Below are positions 61,623-64,000 of a stretch of DNA of 64,000 bases, in pieces. Origin of the DNA: a virus (Duplodnaviria > Caudoviricetes); the IMG/VR virus record IMGVR_UViG_3300042541_001363, positions 1 through 64,000 of that record; one strand, 5' to 3'. The notes under the pieces are model-generated. The model was not told the DNA's origin. It saw nothing but the letters and a program-made list of their open reading frames with translations, and did no database searches. Positions within the stretch are counted from its first letter, which is position 1, and the number at the start of each line of letters is the position of its first letter. The translations under genes were made by a program, and so were the position numbers.

Positions 61623-63185
61623 ATGGATTATAAAAATTTCTTCACTACTGATAATAAATCTGGGTGGAAAACTAGGGAGTCGTTATTAAAAAAAAATGAA
61701 CCAAAAATATATGATGAATTAAAAATTTTCATAGTTAAAAATAATTTAAACGAATTACCATTTAAACAACAAGTTTGGCATTTTATTAATAATGACACTG
61801 AGATTAAAAAATGTTTAGGTTGTGGTGTTAATGTAGAATTTAGAGATACTCTACTTAAAGGTTATCGTAATTTTTGTTCTTTACCATGTGCAAATAGTAG
61901 TGGTTTATTAGAGAAAAGAGCGTCAGAAGCGATTAAAATTAAATATGGTGTTGATAGTTTTCCTCAACATGAGTCGTTTGTTAAAAAAGTTAAAGCAACT
62001 AAATTAGCTAAGTATGGTAATGAGAATTATAATAATATTTCTCAAACACTAATAACAAAAGAAATATTATATGGTGATAAAAACTACTCAAATTTAGATA
62101 AAAACGCTATAACAACTAGAGAAAATTTATTACTAAGGTTGCAGTCAAAAACTTTAGATGAATTATTAAATTATGGTATAAATGATAAACACATAACCCT
62201 TTTATGTTCTTCATGTAAAATGGAGTATGATATTTATCAAGGGTTATTTAAATATAGATGTAGTGTTAATGTTAAACCTTGTACTATATGTAATCCTATA
62301 CGTGAAACTAACAGTATCCAAGAGAAAGAATTATTTGAGTTTGTTAAGGAGATATTACCTAACGAAATAGTAAATAATAAAGATAGAAGTATCATTTCTA
62401 ATATTAAACCGTTAGAATTAGATATATACATACCATCTCGTAACATAGCCATAGAATATAATGGTTTATATTGGCATTCTGATAAATTCGAATCCGATTC
62501 TCACCTTAAAGATAAAACAGTTAAATGTGAAGAAAAGGGTGTTGATTTGATACATGTTTTTGAGGATGAATGGATTTTTAAGAAAGATATTGTTAAAAGT
62601 GTTATCAATAGTAAATTAGGGTTATTTGATAATGTTATTTTTGGTAGAAAGTGCATTATAAAAGAAGTATCACCTAAAGAATCCAAAAAGTTTTTGGATA
62701 ATAACCATTTACAAGGTACTATTCCGTCTAAAATTAAATTAGGGTTATATTATAATGATGAATTGGTTTCATTGATGACATTTGGTTCTTTAAGAAAAGC
62801 TATGGGGTCAAAAAGTGTTGATGGGTCATTTGAATTATATCGTTTCGCTAATAAATTAAATACTAGTGTATTGGGTTCTTTTTCAAAATTGTTAAAATAC
62901 TTTATAACCACTTATAACCCAAATTCAATTCTAACTTTTTCTGATAATAGATATTTTAGTGGTGAAGTTTATAAAAATAATGGTTTTGAATTTATACATA
63001 ATTCAAGACCAAATTATTTTTATGTGATTAACAATAAACGTGAATATAGATTTAAATACAGAAAAGATGTTTTGGTTAAAGAAGGATTTGACCCGTCTAA
63101 ATCAGAACGTCAAATAATGAAAGAAAGGGGTTTTAATAGAATCTATGATTGTGGTAATAAGAAATGGATATTAAAAATTAAATAA
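61623..63185 (+). mobile_element. Hef-like homing endonuclease 5 (TDNKSGWKT N-terminal type)
   Basis: Paralogue of 59367; ELDIYIPSRNIAIEYNGLYWHS; LTFSDNRYFSG. Confidence 0.8.
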
Positions 63186-63234
63186 CAATAGTGTTTTTTT
63201 TTTAGTTTTATGATATATTTATAGATAAAAGAAT

Positions 63235-63504
63235 ATGAGAAGATTTGACAAAAAGCATATAATAGATAAATCTAATTTATTGGCCGAAGAAAGGTATTTG
63301 GAAACAAAAGGTTTAATTAAAGAAGGTTATTTTGCTGACCCTATGTCTAAAGGTACTAGAATTAAATTTAATGGTAGAGATGCTGAAGTAATTGCTTTTG
63401 AAGCTAATCCACGTCAAGAAGTGTCTTACACTATTAAATATGATGATAATGGTGAGCAAGACCAAATTACTGGTGGCGATAAAAGAATAGAAATAATTAA
63501 ATAA
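63235..63504 (+). CDS. Small protein with shared MR..DK...NLL.E.RYL leader
   Basis: 89 aa; TATTTATA at 63216-63223. Confidence 0.7.
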   Translation: MRRFDKKHIIDKSNLLAEERYLETKGLIKEGYFADPMSKGTRIKFNGRDAEVIAFEANPRQEVSYTIKYDDNGEQDQITGGDKRIEIIK

Positions 63505-63516
63505 ATAAAAAAGAGT

Positions 63517-64000
63517 ATGAGAAAATCAGATAAGATAAAAAATTTTAAGAAGGTTAATTTATTAACTGAACAACGTTATTTACAATCAAAAAATATTATA
63601 ACTGAATCTTCATATTATGGTATGGATGAAAGTGGTTTAGGTATTAGTGGTTCAGAGATTGATATTGAAGGAATAACAGATGCTTTGGTTGCAACTACAT
63701 TACATGGTGGTGATGATAACACAGTTTATTTGAGAGCTAAAGATTCATTGGCTGATTCTAATGACCAAGTAAAAGGTGAATTTTACACTATGTTAGCTGA
63801 CAAGATGGAAGCAAACAATTTAAGTAATCAAGCACAACAATATAGAAGTATTACACAGCAATTCAGTAATGGGGTGGAAGAACCTAAAGATGAATTAGAT
63901 GAATATGATTATAGACGTTTTGACCAAAATTATGGTACATTAGAAAAAGATAGAAAAGAAAAAATAAACCAATTCGGTAAAGATAGACAAGCTACATATG
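63517..64000 (+). CDS. Partial ORF with the same leader (MRKSDKIKNFKKVNLLTEQRYLQSKNIITES...), running off the right edge
   Basis: ATG at 63517, no stop before 64000; absent from the supplied ORF track. Confidence 0.7.
   Translation, partial: MRKSDKIKNFKKVNLLTEQRYLQSKNIITESSYYGMDESGLGISGSEIDIEGITDALVATTLHGGDDNTVYLRAKDSLADSNDQVKGEFYTMLADKMEANNLSNQAQQYRSITQQFSNGVEEPKDELDEYDYRRFDQNYGTLEKDRKEKINQFGKDRQATY

Noticed and set aside
1310-62686. The many 60-100-aa antisense or out-of-frame ORFs in the supplied track (e.g. 1310, 2785, 10379, 10404, 11618, 40611, 61090)
   Set aside because: They lie wholly within well-supported genes, lack motifs, and are expected shadows of biased codon usage
59367-63185. 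Invertible tail-tube segment bounded by oppositely oriented Hef paralogues
   Set aside because: DNA identity is limited to short patches, no recombinase is present, and inversion would not change any protein
1-64000. Stop-codon reassignment as in some large phages
   Set aside because: Long conserved genes are intact under code 11, and TAA, TAG and TGA all end genes at sensible positions
1-64000. tRNA, rRNA or tmRNA genes
   Set aside because: Intergenic gaps are short and AT-rich; no cloverleaf or T-arm motif was recognised by eye

Overview
AT-rich (roughly 70% by eye) segment of a large T4-like contractile-tailed phage. The host is most likely a Bacteroidota species: TTG-N19/20-TAnnTTTG promoters precede the replication and mobile genes, and leaders are A-rich with almost no Shine-Dalgarno sequences. 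The standard genetic code reads through cleanly. Core genes are tail sheath, tail tube, probable neck/head-completion proteins (gp13/14/15-like), several mosaic tail-fibre/adhesin genes, a family B DNA polymerase, a SNF2 helicase and a glutaredoxin. Mobile load is heavy: three LAGLIDADG inteins (glycosyltransferase, PolB, helicase), two GIY-YIG endonucleases and five Hef-like endonucleases, together about 13 kb or 20% of the window. The strongest candidate for an undescribed system is 14.2-21.7 kb. It holds six lectin-like (ConA/LamG-type) genes that all start with the same ~15-aa tag, M(A/T)NIINQYGQVKLG(V/I), interspersed with ~70-aa partner genes of two families, and shows traces of cassette loss. 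Directly beside it is a sulfotransferase / APS kinase / DUF2061 / J-domain / DUF2827 operon plus a divergent Aah/TibC-like glycosyltransferase, which may glycosylate and sulfate virion adhesins. Other notable items are a class 3 intein starting with Leu, a Mom-like GNAT domain on all five Hef-like proteins, a 22-bp gene-start duplication around a GIY-YIG gene, and a sense-strand TATTTAT(A) motif before structural genes. All family assignments come from motif recognition by eye; no searches were run.
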